Notes: a model not told the origin generated them from the sequence alone. 64,000 nucleotides of DNA from Patescibacteria group bacterium (GCA_018897195.1 JAHILH010000004.1:83678-147677); one strand, 5' to 3'; positions 48,970 through 58,802 are shown, numbered from the stretch's first letter. Translations and numbers: made by a program.

Positions 48970-50886
48970 TTACCAAATAATTTTTTTACCGGTTTTCAAA
49001 TACCATTCATTGATATTATCAAAACGATCACTTGGCACTAAAATATCTTTTATATTAAAATTTTTAATTTTCTTTACTTGTGGGTAGGTATAAATCGGTG
49101 AATATAAAAATATCGCCGGCACCTCCTCTGTAATAATTTCTTGAAATTTCTTATATTTAATCTGTCTATCTTCTTGTTTTAAAGATTGACGTGCGTCTTC
49201 TAATAATTGATCAACTTCTTTATTTTGGAAGTTAGCTACATTATAGCCTCCTTCATTGGTTTGAGTCGAATGCCAAAATAAATATGGATCCGGATCAGCT
49301 CCTAAGACTTGACCATATAGCAAGACATCAAAATTTCTCGTCTTAATCACTTCTGATTGTGCAATTGCTACTGGCACAATTTCTACTTCAGTTTTTACAC
49401 CAAGGCTTTCCCAATACTTCTTTACGCGGTCAGCCACCTTGACATACTCCGGTCTATCGACGGTTACCAATCTAACGGCAAAATATTTGCCATCTTTTTT
49501 GCGCCACTTACCTTGACCTAGGGCAGCTATTACATTAGCGTCGGCTACCACGCCCTCATCATTACTCTCTAAATTATTTTTTGCTTCTTCAACCATCGTT
49601 GCGGTAACTTCAATCATTTTCCAGTCAACACTATCAAGTAATTCATTTGCTTTTTTTATATCAAAATTATATTTTTTAATCTTGTCGTTGTAGGCAAAAT
49701 TATTCGGCAAAATTGGTCCATCAATTGAATAAGCACCGCCATTCAAATCTGTATTTACGATTTCATTTTTATCAATGCCATAAGCCAAGGCTTGTCTAAT
49801 TGCCTTATCAGCCAAAGACGCATTTTTCTTTTGATTAAAGAATAATACTGACAACTGTGGTAAATACAACTTATTGAAATTAAAATTCTTTGGTGTTAGG
49901 ATTTCCTCCCTACGATCAAATGGTAAATAACTTATACCATCAATCAAACCATCATTTAAGGCTTTGATTGCCTCGTCAACTACTGAATAAAATTTAAATT
50001 TCACTTCAACTAAGGGCTTAACGCCATAATAATCTTCATTAATTACCAAGTCATATTCCTTGATAGTTCCCGATTTTTCCTTGGTCAATTTATCAAACTT
50101 ATACATACCGCTCCCGATTGGCTTCTTATTCAATTCCACCGTCAAGGCTGATTCTGGAGAAATTTGATACCACTTCTCAGCCGGCAAAATACCAAAATTT
50201 AATAAATCCAAAAAAGCCACATATGGATTACCTAAAGTAAATTTAAATTTCTTCTCATCAATCTTTTCTACTTCAACACCAATAAAGCTAGTTCGCAAAG
50301 GTGATTTATATCTTGGCTCCTTAATAGCATTAAAAGTAAAAACAATATCATCAACCGTTAATGGCGCACCATCATGCCAATGTACATTGTCTTTAATTTC
50401 AAAAGTATAAACCTTGCCATCGGCACTAATTTCATAATTGGCCACTAAATCTTTTTCCAATTGTCCATCTTTACTCCGTCGGAATAATTTTGAATAAACT
50501 AAACTAGAAATATCCTTATCAACGTCATTAGCATCAACATATAAAGGATTAATATTAATCGGCACACCAACCAAACCTTCACTGTAAACACCACCTCGTA
50601 AAGGCACTTCCTGTAAACGTGTTAAATAAAAACGTGTCCCCAAAAAAACTAAACCAATAAAAACGACAAAAAAACTTATCTTCATCATGAGTATTTCTCT
50701 AGATGATAAGTATTTATTAAGATATTTTAATTGTTTAATGCTTGGAATTCTTGACTTAGAAAGAGAATAGACTAATTTTCGATCTGAGTTAGAAGTTATT
50801 TTTAAATTTTTCCTTTTTTTAAAATCGGTAATTACACCAAACAATAATAATCTATATTTTTTAATTAGATTTTTTATCGAGTCCAC
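48970..50886 (-). CDS. ABC transporter substrate-binding protein, family 5 (peptide/nickel type)
   Basis: An N-terminal TM anchor is followed by an SBP_bac_5-like fold, at the length typical for this family. Confidence 0.7.
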   Translation of the reverse strand: MDSIKNLIKKYRLLLFGVITDFKKRKNLKITSNSDRKLVYSLSKSRIPSIKQLKYLNKYLSSREILMMKISFFVVFIGLVFLGTRFYLTRLQEVPLRGGVYSEGLVGVPININPLYVDANDVDKDISSLVYSKLFRRSKDGQLEKDLVANYEISADGKVYTFEIKDNVHWHDGAPLTVDDIVFTFNAIKEPRYKSPLRTSFIGVEVEKIDEKKFKFTLGNPYVAFLDLLNFGILPAEKWYQISPESALTVELNKKPIGSGMYKFDKLTKEKSGTIKEYDLVINEDYYGVKPLVEVKFKFYSVVDEAIKALNDGLIDGISYLPFDRREEILTPKNFNFNKLYLPQLSVLFFNQKKNASLADKAIRQALAYGIDKNEIVNTDLNGGAYSIDGPILPNNFAYNDKIKKYNFDIKKANELLDSVDWKMIEVTATMVEEAKNNLESNDEGVVADANVIAALGQGKWRKKDGKYFAVRLVTVDRPEYVKVADRVKKYWESLGVKTEVEIVPVAIAQSEVIKTRNFDVLLYGQVLGADPDPYLFWHSTQTNEGGYNVANFQNKEVDQLLEDARQSLKQEDRQIKYKKFQEIITEEVPAIFLYSPIYTYPQVKKIKNFNIKDILVPSDRFDNINEWYLKTGKKIIW

Positions 50887-50944
50887 AAATATAAGATTCT
50901 GTCATGCTATAGAGTATAGTGACCGTGACAGAAATAAGCTTATT

Positions 50945-51154
50945 TTAAATAAAATTAGCCAAAGAGATAGCAAAGAATAATACTGCTAAGACGATTGTTG
51001 CCACAAAAAGTTTTTTTTCAAAACCTCTTTTGGTCATAAAGACATTACCACTGCCACCAAAAACACCAGATAAACCAGAGCCCTTGCTTTGCAACAAGAT
51101 AACGACGATAAGAAGGATTGCTATAATTAATTGTCCTATTTTTAATAGATTCAT
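50945..51154 (-). CDS. secG: Preprotein translocase subunit SecG
   Basis: The protein is 69 aa with two TM segments. LLQSKGSGLSG...GG is typical of SecG. Confidence 0.7.
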   Translation of the reverse strand: MNLLKIGQLIIAILLIVVILLQSKGSGLSGVFGGSGNVFMTKRGFEKKLFVATIVLAVLFFAISLANFI

Positions 51155-51162
51155 ATACGACC

Positions 51163-51510
51163 TTATTTTTTAACTTGCGCTAAAATTTCTGTAAGAACTG
51201 CTTTATTATTTACTGCAAAATCAGCCAAAATCTTTCGGTCAACTTCCACGTTTGCCACTTTTAACATATTAATGAATTTAGAATAGCTTACACCTTGCTC
51301 TCTTACAAAAGCGCTAATCTTAATCAACCATAAAGCACGATTGGTTCGCTTTTTCTTGCGGCGATCCATAAAAGCGTGAGCACCTGCGTGCATAATCGCT
51401 TCTTTAGCTTTTTTGATCAAATTCTTGCGTCCCCATTTATAACCTTTGGTTTTCGCTAATATATTTGCTCGTCTTTTTACATGGGTTGTACCTCTTTTTA
51501 CTCTTGGCAT
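51163..51510 (-). CDS. rplT: 50S ribosomal protein L20
   Basis: The N-terminus MPRVKRG...KRR matches the bL20 consensus. Confidence 0.95.
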   Translation of the reverse strand: MPRVKRGTTHVKRRANILAKTKGYKWGRKNLIKKAKEAIMHAGAHAFMDRRKKKRTNRALWLIKISAFVREQGVSYSKFINMLKVANVEVDRKILADFAVNNKAVLTEILAQVKK

Positions 51511-51553
51511 ATCTTTCTATGTTTAAAAAAAATTTATAATAAGTTCTAACTTC

Positions 51554-51748
51554 CTATTGTTGAATAAGAGTTCTGATAGTTTTAGTAATTGTACTACTAG
51601 TCGCAATGTCTTTTCGCTTATTTCTCTTAGTATTACCAGATTCACGAGCATTATAATGATCTTGACCAGCCTTTCTTTGAGTAACCTTATTATTTTTGGT
51701 TATTTTAAATCTTTTGACAGTTGCTTTATGAGTTTTAATTTTCGGCAT
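51554..51748 (-). CDS. rpmI: 50S ribosomal protein L35
   Basis: MPKIKTHKATVKRFKITKNNKV...KRNKRK is present. The start was moved to the internal Met, because the track ORF begins 23 codons upstream. Confidence 0.85.
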   Translation of the reverse strand: MPKIKTHKATVKRFKITKNNKVTQRKAGQDHYNARESGNTKRNKRKDIATSSTITKTIRTLIQQ

Positions 51749-51834
51749 ATTATTCGTTAATTTCCTTTTCTTTTTTAAAAACTGAATTTTAAACAAAAAA
51801 ACAGGGTAATTACCCAATCTTCAATGGTTAATTA

Positions 51835-52413
51835 TTATATTTTATTTACCAATATCATTATAAACTTTCCACCCTGCATTGTCAAGTCTTGCTCTGGAAT
51901 CAGATTCATACCCTCTTTTTCTTGTAACTTTTGCACAAAAACACCAATTATCTCCCTTGCCTTCTCTGGGTGCGCTTTTTCTCTTCCTTTTAAAGATAGT
52001 TCAATTTTAAGTTTGTTGCCTTTTTCCAAAAATTTAACCGCTTGATCCATTCGGAAATTAAAGTCATGTTCACTAATACGAACCGACAAACGAACACCCT
52101 TGGTTTCAGTCTTTTTTTGTTGAATCTTCTGTTTATGGGCCTTTTTCTCCTGTTCATACTTAAATTGGCCATAATTCATGATTTTACAAACCGGTGGTTC
52201 AGCCACTGGGTTCACTTCCACCAAATCCATGCCCAATTCCGAGGCCATCTCTTTTGCCTTTGCGGTGCTAATAATACCAATATTTTCACCATTTTCATCA
52301 ATTACGGACACTTCTAGCACTCTAATGAGGTCATTAGTTTTAAATCGCTTTTCTAATTTCGGCTTTGCCCGTTTCCAAATTCTACGCATTAAAAATTCAT
52401 TCAAAAATACCAA
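51835..52413 (-). CDS. infC: Translation initiation factor IF-3
   Basis: IRVLEV...GENIGIIS (IF3 N-terminal domain) and the C-terminal domain are present. This is the first gene of the infC-rpmI-rplT operon. Confidence 0.9.
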   Translation of the reverse strand: MVFLNEFLMRRIWKRAKPKLEKRFKTNDLIRVLEVSVIDENGENIGIISTAKAKEMASELGMDLVEVNPVAEPPVCKIMNYGQFKYEQEKKAHKQKIQQKKTETKGVRLSVRISEHDFNFRMDQAVKFLEKGNKLKIELSLKGREKAHPEKAREIIGVFVQKLQEKEGMNLIPEQDLTMQGGKFIMILVNKI

Positions 52414-52528
52414 GATTTTAAAACATTTCTAAAATCATTAAATATCTTTTTTCTAAAATTAAACAAGATTAAATCAATCTTGATGATAGAATAGCAGGAA
52501 AGGAAATAAAAGTCAACTAATATATCTA

Positions 52529-52557
52529 TTGACAATATTTTACAAATGTGCTATACT
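52529..52557 (+). promoter_or_regulatory. Sigma70 promoter TTGACA-N17-TGcTATACT (extended -10) upstream of the flotillin gene
   Basis: A perfect -35 hexamer, a 17 nt spacer and a TG-extended -10 are present. They lie about 155 nt upstream of the ATG. Confidence 0.55.
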
Positions 52558-52713
52558 CAAAAATTAGTGTTAAATATTGATTTATTTTAATACTTGTTCA
52601 TTGAACAATTAAATACAAAAAGGAGGCAAAAATCAAAATTTGATTTAGTGTCACAAAAAAACTTAATTAGTAGTTAACCGATCGTCAAATCAAGCTAAGG
52701 ATAAAAGGAAATT

Positions 52714-54708
52714 ATGGACGCAATTTTGGGTTATTGGTGGATCATTCCGATTGTAGCTACGCTCGTCGGATACAAGTTGGTGCTGAGATTCTTTTTCGGT
52801 GCTGTTATTATCGCCGAAGATGAAATCGGTATTGTCAACAAAAAATTCGTGCTCTGGGGTGCCAACAGAACCTTGCCTGACGGTGCAATCATTGCCCTCG
52901 AGGGTGAGGCTGGTTATCAGGCTGATACACTGGCTCCCGGACTACACTGGGGTCTTTTCCCTTGGCAGTATGAGGTCGAACGTGTGAAATTTATCACGAT
53001 CGAACGAGGAAAAATTGGTGTAGTTGAATCGAGAGACGGCATACCGCTTTCCGATGGTCGCGTTCTTGCAAAAAGGGTTGGGTGCGACTCTTTCCAGAGT
53101 GCGCGGATGTTTTTGGAAAATCAGGGTGAGCGTGGTCCGCAAATCACAATCATTCCTCCAGGAACCTACCGGATCAACACCCGCATTTTTAGCGTTAATA
53201 TGGAAAATATGCTGGAAATTGCGGACGGTATGGTGGGCATTGTAACAACCAAAGAGGGTCAACAACTTCCTGCTGGCGATATTGCTGGTAAAGCAGTTGG
53301 TGGACATAACAGTTTTCAAGACGGACAATCCTTTGTTACTAGCGGTGGATATAAGGGCATGCAAGAACAAGTTATTCTTGCTGGCCGTTACTACATCAAC
53401 CCTCGCTTTGCGACTGTTGAGGTCCGCGATATGACCAGTGTTCCGATTGCCCATGCTGGCGTTGTCGTTGCCTTTGTCGGTGAAGCCGCTGAAGACACAA
53501 CGGGCGCAAATTTTAAGCATGGTAATCAGGTTCCTAAGGGCTGCAAAGGTGTTTGGAATGAGCCATATGATCCGGGTAAATACCCAGTCAATTCATTCAC
53601 TCACACTGTTGAGCTTGTTCCCACGGCCAATATCGTTCTAAACTGGGCTGATGCCAAAACTGAAGCACACAATCTCGACGCTAATCTGTCGACAATTACC
53701 GTGCGTTCATCTGACGGCTTCACTCTTAATTTGGATGTTGCTCAAATCATCCATATTCCCAGAAACGACGCACCGAAGGTAATCTCCCGTTTCGGAACAG
53801 TGGCAAATATGGTCACCCAGGTACTGGAGCCTATTATCGGAAACTATTTCCGTAACGCAGCCCAGAGTTCTGATGCCATTGATTTCCTTAAAGATCGGGA
53901 AAAAAGGCAATCGGAAGCCAAGGCTGCAATTCAGGCTGCCTTGCAAGAGTACGATGTTCAGGCTGTTGACACTTTGATCGGTGATATTGTCCCTCCGGCA
54001 GAGTTGATGAAAACTCTGACGAACAGAAAGATTGCCGAACAAGAAGAAATAACCTATGGCACACAGAAAAAAGCGGAAGACGCACGCATGACATTTGAGC
54101 AATCAAAAGCCATGGCTGCTACACAAGCCAATGTTGTTGCTTCCGAACGGAAAGTAACAATTGCGGATTTTGATGCCCAGGCTGCTGTTAAACAGGCAGA
54201 TGGTGTAGCAAAATCCAAAAAAATTAACGCTGAGGCTGACGCTGAGGTTATTAAGGTAGTTGGTAATGCCACCGCCGAAAGAACCAAGGCTATCGGTACA
54301 GCCGAGGCAGAGGTCATTGAACGCAAAATTCAGTCGATGGAATCTGGAAACTTCGCCATGATCGAAGTTGCGAAGGCTCTCGGCGCGAGCGGACAGAAGT
54401 GGGTTCCGGAAATTGTCATGCATGGTGGTGCCGACGGAAAATCAAGCAATTCAATTGCTGACGTTCTGATGGCCAACCTGATCAAAGACAATCTGGCTCC
54501 CGCAAAACCGCTGGTCAAAAAACCAAAGGAAGAGAAGCTTAACGAGGCTGACCTTGCTGAGGACAAGACCGCTGTAAAGGATGGCGAAGATAAACCGGCT
54601 GACGTTGTCAACCCGGAACTTCCCACTGATGCTATTCTTCATCCAACCACCACTCTTGAATTGGAGGAAAAGTCGGTCGATGATGAACAGCATGACGAAG
54701 AAAAATAA
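52714..54708 (+). CDS. Flotillin-like SPFH/Band-7 protein (YqiK family), GC-rich
   Basis: An N-terminal TM segment and an SPFH domain are followed by a long C-terminal EA-rich coiled coil (AEADAEVIKVVGNATAERTKAIGTAEAEVIERK). GC content is about 50%. Confidence 0.8.
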   Translation: MDAILGYWWIIPIVATLVGYKLVLRFFFGAVIIAEDEIGIVNKKFVLWGANRTLPDGAIIALEGEAGYQADTLAPGLHWGLFPWQYEVERVKFITIERGKIGVVESRDGIPLSDGRVLAKRVGCDSFQSARMFLENQGERGPQITIIPPGTYRINTRIFSVNMENMLEIADGMVGIVTTKEGQQLPAGDIAGKAVGGHNSFQDGQSFVTSGGYKGMQEQVILAGRYYINPRFATVEVRDMTSVPIAHAGVVVAFVGEAAEDTTGANFKHGNQVPKGCKGVWNEPYDPGKYPVNSFTHTVELVPTANIVLNWADAKTEAHNLDANLSTITVRSSDGFTLNLDVAQIIHIPRNDAPKVISRFGTVANMVTQVLEPIIGNYFRNAAQSSDAIDFLKDREKRQSEAKAAIQAALQEYDVQAVDTLIGDIVPPAELMKTLTNRKIAEQEEITYGTQKKAEDARMTFEQSKAMAATQANVVASERKVTIADFDAQAAVKQADGVAKSKKINAEADAEVIKVVGNATAERTKAIGTAEAEVIERKIQSMESGNFAMIEVAKALGASGQKWVPEIVMHGGADGKSSNSIADVLMANLIKDNLAPAKPLVKKPKEEKLNEADLAEDKTAVKDGEDKPADVVNPELPTDAILHPTTTLELEEKSVDDEQHDEEK

Positions 54709-54737
54709 GAAATAAATTTCAAATCAATATTAACAAA

Positions 54738-54772
54738 GGGTGAAGTCAAACGACTTCACCCTTCTTTTTTTT
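54738..54772 (+). terminator. Intrinsic terminator after the flotillin gene
   Basis: A stem GGGTGAAGTC/GACTTCACCC is followed by T9. Confidence 0.7.
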
Positions 54773-54881
54773 AATTTCTCTTAACTTGATTTTTTTACCA
54801 ATCCATGCTTTATTAAACATAACATCAGTTAAAGAATAAATTCTCCGCTCTTTAAAAAATATCACCCACGAGGAATAAGTC

Positions 54882-55259
54882 ATGACAAAATCTGACAAAA
54901 AACAGCTACCATTTCAAATTACTGGTCCTTGCGATATCAGCGTGATTAAACGTCATCTTCCAAATTTTGATTTCAAACAGCCGGTAACTAAGGCTGGCTA
55001 CGATTCCGTAAAAAGAGTGGTTGCGACAAAAATTGGACAACAGCGTGGATTTAATTTAATAAAGTATATCAAAGAAAACAATATTACTATCGGTTGTACG
55101 GTTAAAGAAATGAAAACTGGACATCTAGAAGTCGTTTCAAGTATCACTAAGGGCGGACGTCTAGCCTTCAAGGGTGTTCGCAAAGGCTCTTTCTCACCAA
55201 TTCATTGGAAACTTCATCAACCCACAGGAGATAAACATGACGATGAAAAAAAAGAATAA
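54882..55259 (+). CDS. Hypothetical protein (125 aa)
   Basis: A good SD (GAGGAA) is present. No motif was recognised. Confidence 0.4.
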   Translation: MTKSDKKQLPFQITGPCDISVIKRHLPNFDFKQPVTKAGYDSVKRVVATKIGQQRGFNLIKYIKENNITIGCTVKEMKTGHLEVVSSITKGGRLAFKGVRKGSFSPIHWKLHQPTGDKHDDEKKE

Positions 55260-55370
55260 ACGCTTCAAACCGCGCTTATCGACAAGCGCCCAAAAGGTCT
55301 TACGCCACAAGGGCGGTGCTCACGGCCCGCCCAAAGGCAAACGCGGCTATAACCGCAAAAACATTTCCGG

Positions 55371-55397
55371 CCCATCTGACAAAGATGGGCTTTTTTT
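55371..55397 (+). terminator. Intrinsic terminator (CCCATC/GATGGG + T7)
   Basis: The stem-loop is followed by TTTTTTT. Confidence 0.55.
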
Positions 55398-55401
55398 ATA
55401 T

Positions 55402-55431
55402 TAAAAAAGAGCAGTCTTATTGACCTGCTCT
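55402..55431 (-). terminator. Intrinsic terminator for the minus-strand 200 aa gene
   Basis: A stem AGAGCAG/CTGCTCT is followed by a minus-strand U-tract. Confidence 0.5.
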
Positions 55432-55444
55432 TAATCTTTGCGTC

Positions 55445-56047
55445 CTATGGAACTATAACAATTTTTTCTTTTTTAAGTGCCTCTTGTAATAACTTCTTGT
55501 TCCCTTCTGACAACTCACGTCCATCACTAATCATTTTTATAATTGACGAAATAGACTTGATTGTTTTATCAATAGTTTCCTCCGACCAAATTTTTCCTTT
55601 ATCATTTTGAAAGAGAGAAAAAGAGCGAAATTTTTTATTTTTTGTTTCCGTTCTGATGGCAATAATTATACGACCAAGCTTTTTAACCTTAGTGGAATAT
55701 GGAATATCTTTGTAATGCACACCATCTTTTTCATAGTCATTTAGCTGTGGCATTTTTTTTGTAACTATTCCCTGCCACATATCATTTTCACACATTGATA
55801 TCACAACATCTAATTTTTCTTCCTTCACCGCAACTGCAGTTGGAATCAAACTATCCCGTAGTGGTGCGCACTCTGTTTTTGTCGACACATTATCGACTGT
55901 TACCACCACTCGTTCATTTCTCGAAACTAAATGTCTTTCCATTATTGCGCGACGCTCGTGGTGCGGAAGGGGTCGTTTTGGTTCACCGGGTTTTTGACCA
56001 AAAATAACGGCACTTTTTTTATTTTTAGTAACCATTGTCGTCCTCAT
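55445..56047 (-). CDS. Hypothetical protein (200 aa)
   Basis: Only the ORF is available. No motif was recognised. Confidence 0.4.
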   Translation of the reverse strand: MRTTMVTKNKKSAVIFGQKPGEPKRPLPHHERRAIMERHLVSRNERVVVTVDNVSTKTECAPLRDSLIPTAVAVKEEKLDVVISMCENDMWQGIVTKKMPQLNDYEKDGVHYKDIPYSTKVKKLGRIIIAIRTETKNKKFRSFSLFQNDKGKIWSEETIDKTIKSISSIIKMISDGRELSEGNKKLLQEALKKEKIVIVP

Positions 56048-56445
56048 GATTATAACCTCCTTTATATATAAAAAGAACTGTTTATTTTTTAAACTTCAAA
56101 ATAGATTATCATAAAAAACAAATTTAGTCAAGTTAAAAGCCGAGACACTAGGTGCTCGGCTTTATATATTCTACCTTCATAATTAATTTTCTATTGCTCT
56201 TATATTCGCCATTTGGCTTAAGACGCAAAAGAAATAACTATAAAAGATTTTTTCCAAATTAACAATAGCAATAACTTGATATTTGTTTTTTCAACCCCTT
56301 GCTGTCATTTTGTCGCGTTGGTTAAAAAAATAAATTCTCGTTAAACTATCAAACTCAACAAATTTTAAGAAGTAAAAAAACAAACTACAAACAATTTAAC
56401 AAGAAATGTCAGACAGACTTTTCTTAACTTCTTCGGTATTAGCCT

Positions 56446-57144
56446 TTAAACGTTTATGTCTTTAAGGCCATAATATTTTTTTGCATGAGACATTACTGCT
56501 TTGGCATATTTTTCGGTTTTAGGATTCTTTACAGAGCCATTATACCTACGTAATGCCATGAAAGAGTTTTGTTTATATCCTTGCTTGATCAAATAGTCAG
56601 CCGCCCAGTTTGCGCTCCATTCCCAATTCATCGCTTGCGCACGTGTTACTTCTGGGTGTGCTGAAAGATTAATCTGAAAGGGACCAATTGAACGTCCGTC
56701 GTCACCTACAAGGCTTCTACCAAAACTGGATTCCTGCCTTGCTTGTCCTGCCAAAACTTCCTGATGAACGCCAGTTCGTTTATCAACCTGGCCCAAGATA
56801 TTCATTTTTTCCTCAAAGGAAAGATTTCGACAAGAATTACGTTGCGCTTGTTTACGCCTTGCTATGGGTTGTTCGCTAGACCTCTCCTTCATTTCCAATT
56901 TCAAAGTCTGACCAATATAAATTAAATCAATATTGGCAATATTATTATCAACCTTGATTTTCCAAGGATTAATTTTGTGTTTACTACCAAGTTCTGATAA
57001 AGTGTCTCCTTTTTGTACAAAATGAAATATCGTAATTTTACCCGGAGGGGCTTTCGCCTCGGCCTCAATTTCCGCCCTGGCTTTTGATGGCGATATAAAA
57101 AATGCCATAAAAAGCATTAGGACTAAAAAGGTTTTATTCATCAC
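56446..57144 (-). CDS. Secreted LysM-domain lytic transglycosylase (SLT/GEWL-like)
   Basis: A signal peptide, a LysM motif (VQKGDTLSELGSKH...YIGQTLKL) and a catalytic region AGQARQESSFG...GPFQI are present. Confidence 0.75.
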   Translation of the reverse strand: MMNKTFLVLMLFMAFFISPSKARAEIEAEAKAPPGKITIFHFVQKGDTLSELGSKHKINPWKIKVDNNIANIDLIYIGQTLKLEMKERSSEQPIARRKQAQRNSCRNLSFEEKMNILGQVDKRTGVHQEVLAGQARQESSFGRSLVGDDGRSIGPFQINLSAHPEVTRAQAMNWEWSANWAADYLIKQGYKQNSFMALRRYNGSVKNPKTEKYAKAVMSHAKKYYGLKDINV

Positions 57145-57414
57145 TTACCTCTTTTTTGTAAATGTTTTTAATAAATACGCCTCTCTTTCATTAATTGGTT
57201 CTCCTTCTGTGTGAGTGTTTATAGATTTTACCCCCGAAGCTCTTTTGACGCACATGTCTGGTAATGATTCCTCTCCTTTTAATAAGAAATTGCACGTAAT
57301 CCCACATTTTGAACATTCATATTGCGGGTATTCTATACCATCTTCTTTCTCAAAACCAGCGAGGTACCACTCTGGTACAAACATCAAAGATTTTTCACCT
57401 ACCTTTTTATTCAT
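57145..57414 (-). CDS. Small Cys-rich protein, paralog 1 (Y-C-x2-C-G-x-T-C ... LPD-x-C)
   Basis: The motif is shared with the 57441..57623 ORF. The stop abuts the start of the lytic transglycosylase. Confidence 0.45.
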   Translation of the reverse strand: MNKKVGEKSLMFVPEWYLAGFEKEDGIEYPQYECSKCGITCNFLLKGEESLPDMCVKRASGVKSINTHTEGEPINEREAYLLKTFTKKR

Positions 57415-57440
57415 AAGTACAATATCCCTCCTTAAATTTT

Positions 57441-57623
57441 TTACGGGTTATTATTCAAACTGAGATCTATAATTTGACAAGTATCCGGCAATTCACCGTC
57501 ATCCTTGATTGTTTCGTCACATGTACTACCACATTGAATACAAACACAATATTTATACATCACTCCTTCTTTTTTTATGTAATCTATTGGATGCCAAACA
57601 GGAAACCATATCACCAAAGACAT
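57441..57623 (-). CDS. Small Cys-rich protein, paralog 2
   Basis: YCVCIQCGSTC...ELPDTC aligns with YECSKCGITC...SLPDMC of paralog 1. Confidence 0.45.
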   Translation of the reverse strand: MSLVIWFPVWHPIDYIKKEGVMYKYCVCIQCGSTCDETIKDDGELPDTCQIIDLSLNNNP

Positions 57624-57783
57624 TTCTATCTCCCTTTTGTTGAGTATTTAATTTTCAATGAACAGTTTATTATATAAAAAAGACATTGTTTCAGTCTTTA
57701 TTTACCTTTTGTATAGCAAGTATTAACCAATTTGTCAATGCTTTTGTGCAAATTCAAAATTTTAAAAATAAATACTCTCACCG

Positions 57784-57812
57784 TTGACTTTTTTCTTTTT
57801 TTAGCTTAAAAT
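57784..57812 (+). promoter_or_regulatory. Candidate promoter TTGACT-N17-TAAAAT for proB
   Basis: The hexamers and spacing lie about 70 nt upstream of the ATG. Confidence 0.4.
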
Positions 57813-57881
57813 GAGCGGATGAATATTATATAATATATCAGAAACAAATTAATCGCACATTAAAATACAAGGAGAATATCG

Positions 57882-58646
57882 ATGGAAAAATTAATTGTTA
57901 TTAAAGTTGGCACCAACTCTATCGTCACCCCCGGAGACCGCATTCGCAAAAAACTTCTCGACAACATCGCTGAAAGCGTCCGCGTTATACGAAAATATGG
58001 CTACCGTGTCATTATTGTCAGTTCTGGAGCAATTAGTTGTGGCAAAATAATTACCAAACAAGCTCTTAGTGACCGAGCTTATGCCGGCATCGGTCAACCA
58101 AGTTTAATGATGCATTGGCAAGAAGCCTTTGCCAAAGTGGACTTGGTCACCGCCCAAGGATTGTATGTCAACAATAATCTCCATAAGAAAAAAAATCGAC
58201 AATCAACCACCAAGATATTAAGCGAATTATTAATGGCTGGCATTATTCCAATTATAAATGAAAACGATTTTGTAACCGACGCCGAAACAAAGGACTTGTT
58301 CGGCTTTGGTGATAACGACCAACTCGCCTCATTAATAGCTATCGCAAAACAGGCTGCGTATCTTTTTCTATTAACAACCGTAGATGGCGTCTTTAGTCCC
58401 GAAACTGACTTGTTGATTTCCGAACTTCATCCCTATGAAAAGAAGATTGAAAACAGTTTGCAGACTTGGAAAGGCGAAAGCAATGGTGGAATGATTTCCA
58501 AGGTTAAAAATGCAAAGACTTTTGTTCGCAGTGTTCAAAAATCTGAAGCAATAATTGCCTCCTTCAAAGAAGCTAACATTCTCTTCCGCGCCATAATCGC
58601 TAAAGAAAATATTGGCACTAAGATAAAACGAAAATTCCAGCGCTAA
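57882..58646 (+). CDS. proB: Glutamate 5-kinase (amino-acid kinase family, no PUA domain)
   Basis: LVIKVGTNSI...VIIVSSGAISCG matches the glutamate 5-kinase N-terminus. Confidence 0.75.
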   Translation: MEKLIVIKVGTNSIVTPGDRIRKKLLDNIAESVRVIRKYGYRVIIVSSGAISCGKIITKQALSDRAYAGIGQPSLMMHWQEAFAKVDLVTAQGLYVNNNLHKKKNRQSTTKILSELLMAGIIPIINENDFVTDAETKDLFGFGDNDQLASLIAIAKQAAYLFLLTTVDGVFSPETDLLISELHPYEKKIENSLQTWKGESNGGMISKVKNAKTFVRSVQKSEAIIASFKEANILFRAIIAKENIGTKIKRKFQR

Positions 58647-58679
58647 ACCAAACAAAGCGCTAAATATTAAAATCAAAAA

Positions 58680-58711
58680 CCTCCCAAGAAAATCCTTCGG
58701 GAGGTTTTTTA
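58680..58711 (+). terminator. Intrinsic terminator after proB
   Basis: A stem CCTCCC/GGGAGG is followed by T6. Confidence 0.55.
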
Positions 58712-58718
58712 CTATCTG

Positions 58719-58802
58719 TGCCTAGAGCGGGAGTCGAACCCGCACGAGATTGCTCTCAAGAGATTTTAAGTCTCTCGTGTATACCAATTTCACCATCTAG
58801 GC
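58719..58802 (-). tRNA. tRNA-Leu (anticodon TAA), type II, CCA not encoded
   Basis: Reverse complement: acceptor GCCTAGA/TCTAGGC, anticodon stem AGAGA/TCTCT, loop CT-TAA-AA, long variable arm, T-arm GGTTCGACTCC. Confidence 0.85.

Noticed and set aside
55237-55404. Independent basic ORF MTMKKKNKRF... (55 aa) as a separate gene
   Set aside because: It starts inside the upstream ORF in another frame. It also reads through an intrinsic terminator hairpin and T-tract before reaching its stop. A frameshift extension or an artefact is more likely than an independent gene. It is discussed under the A8 slip site.
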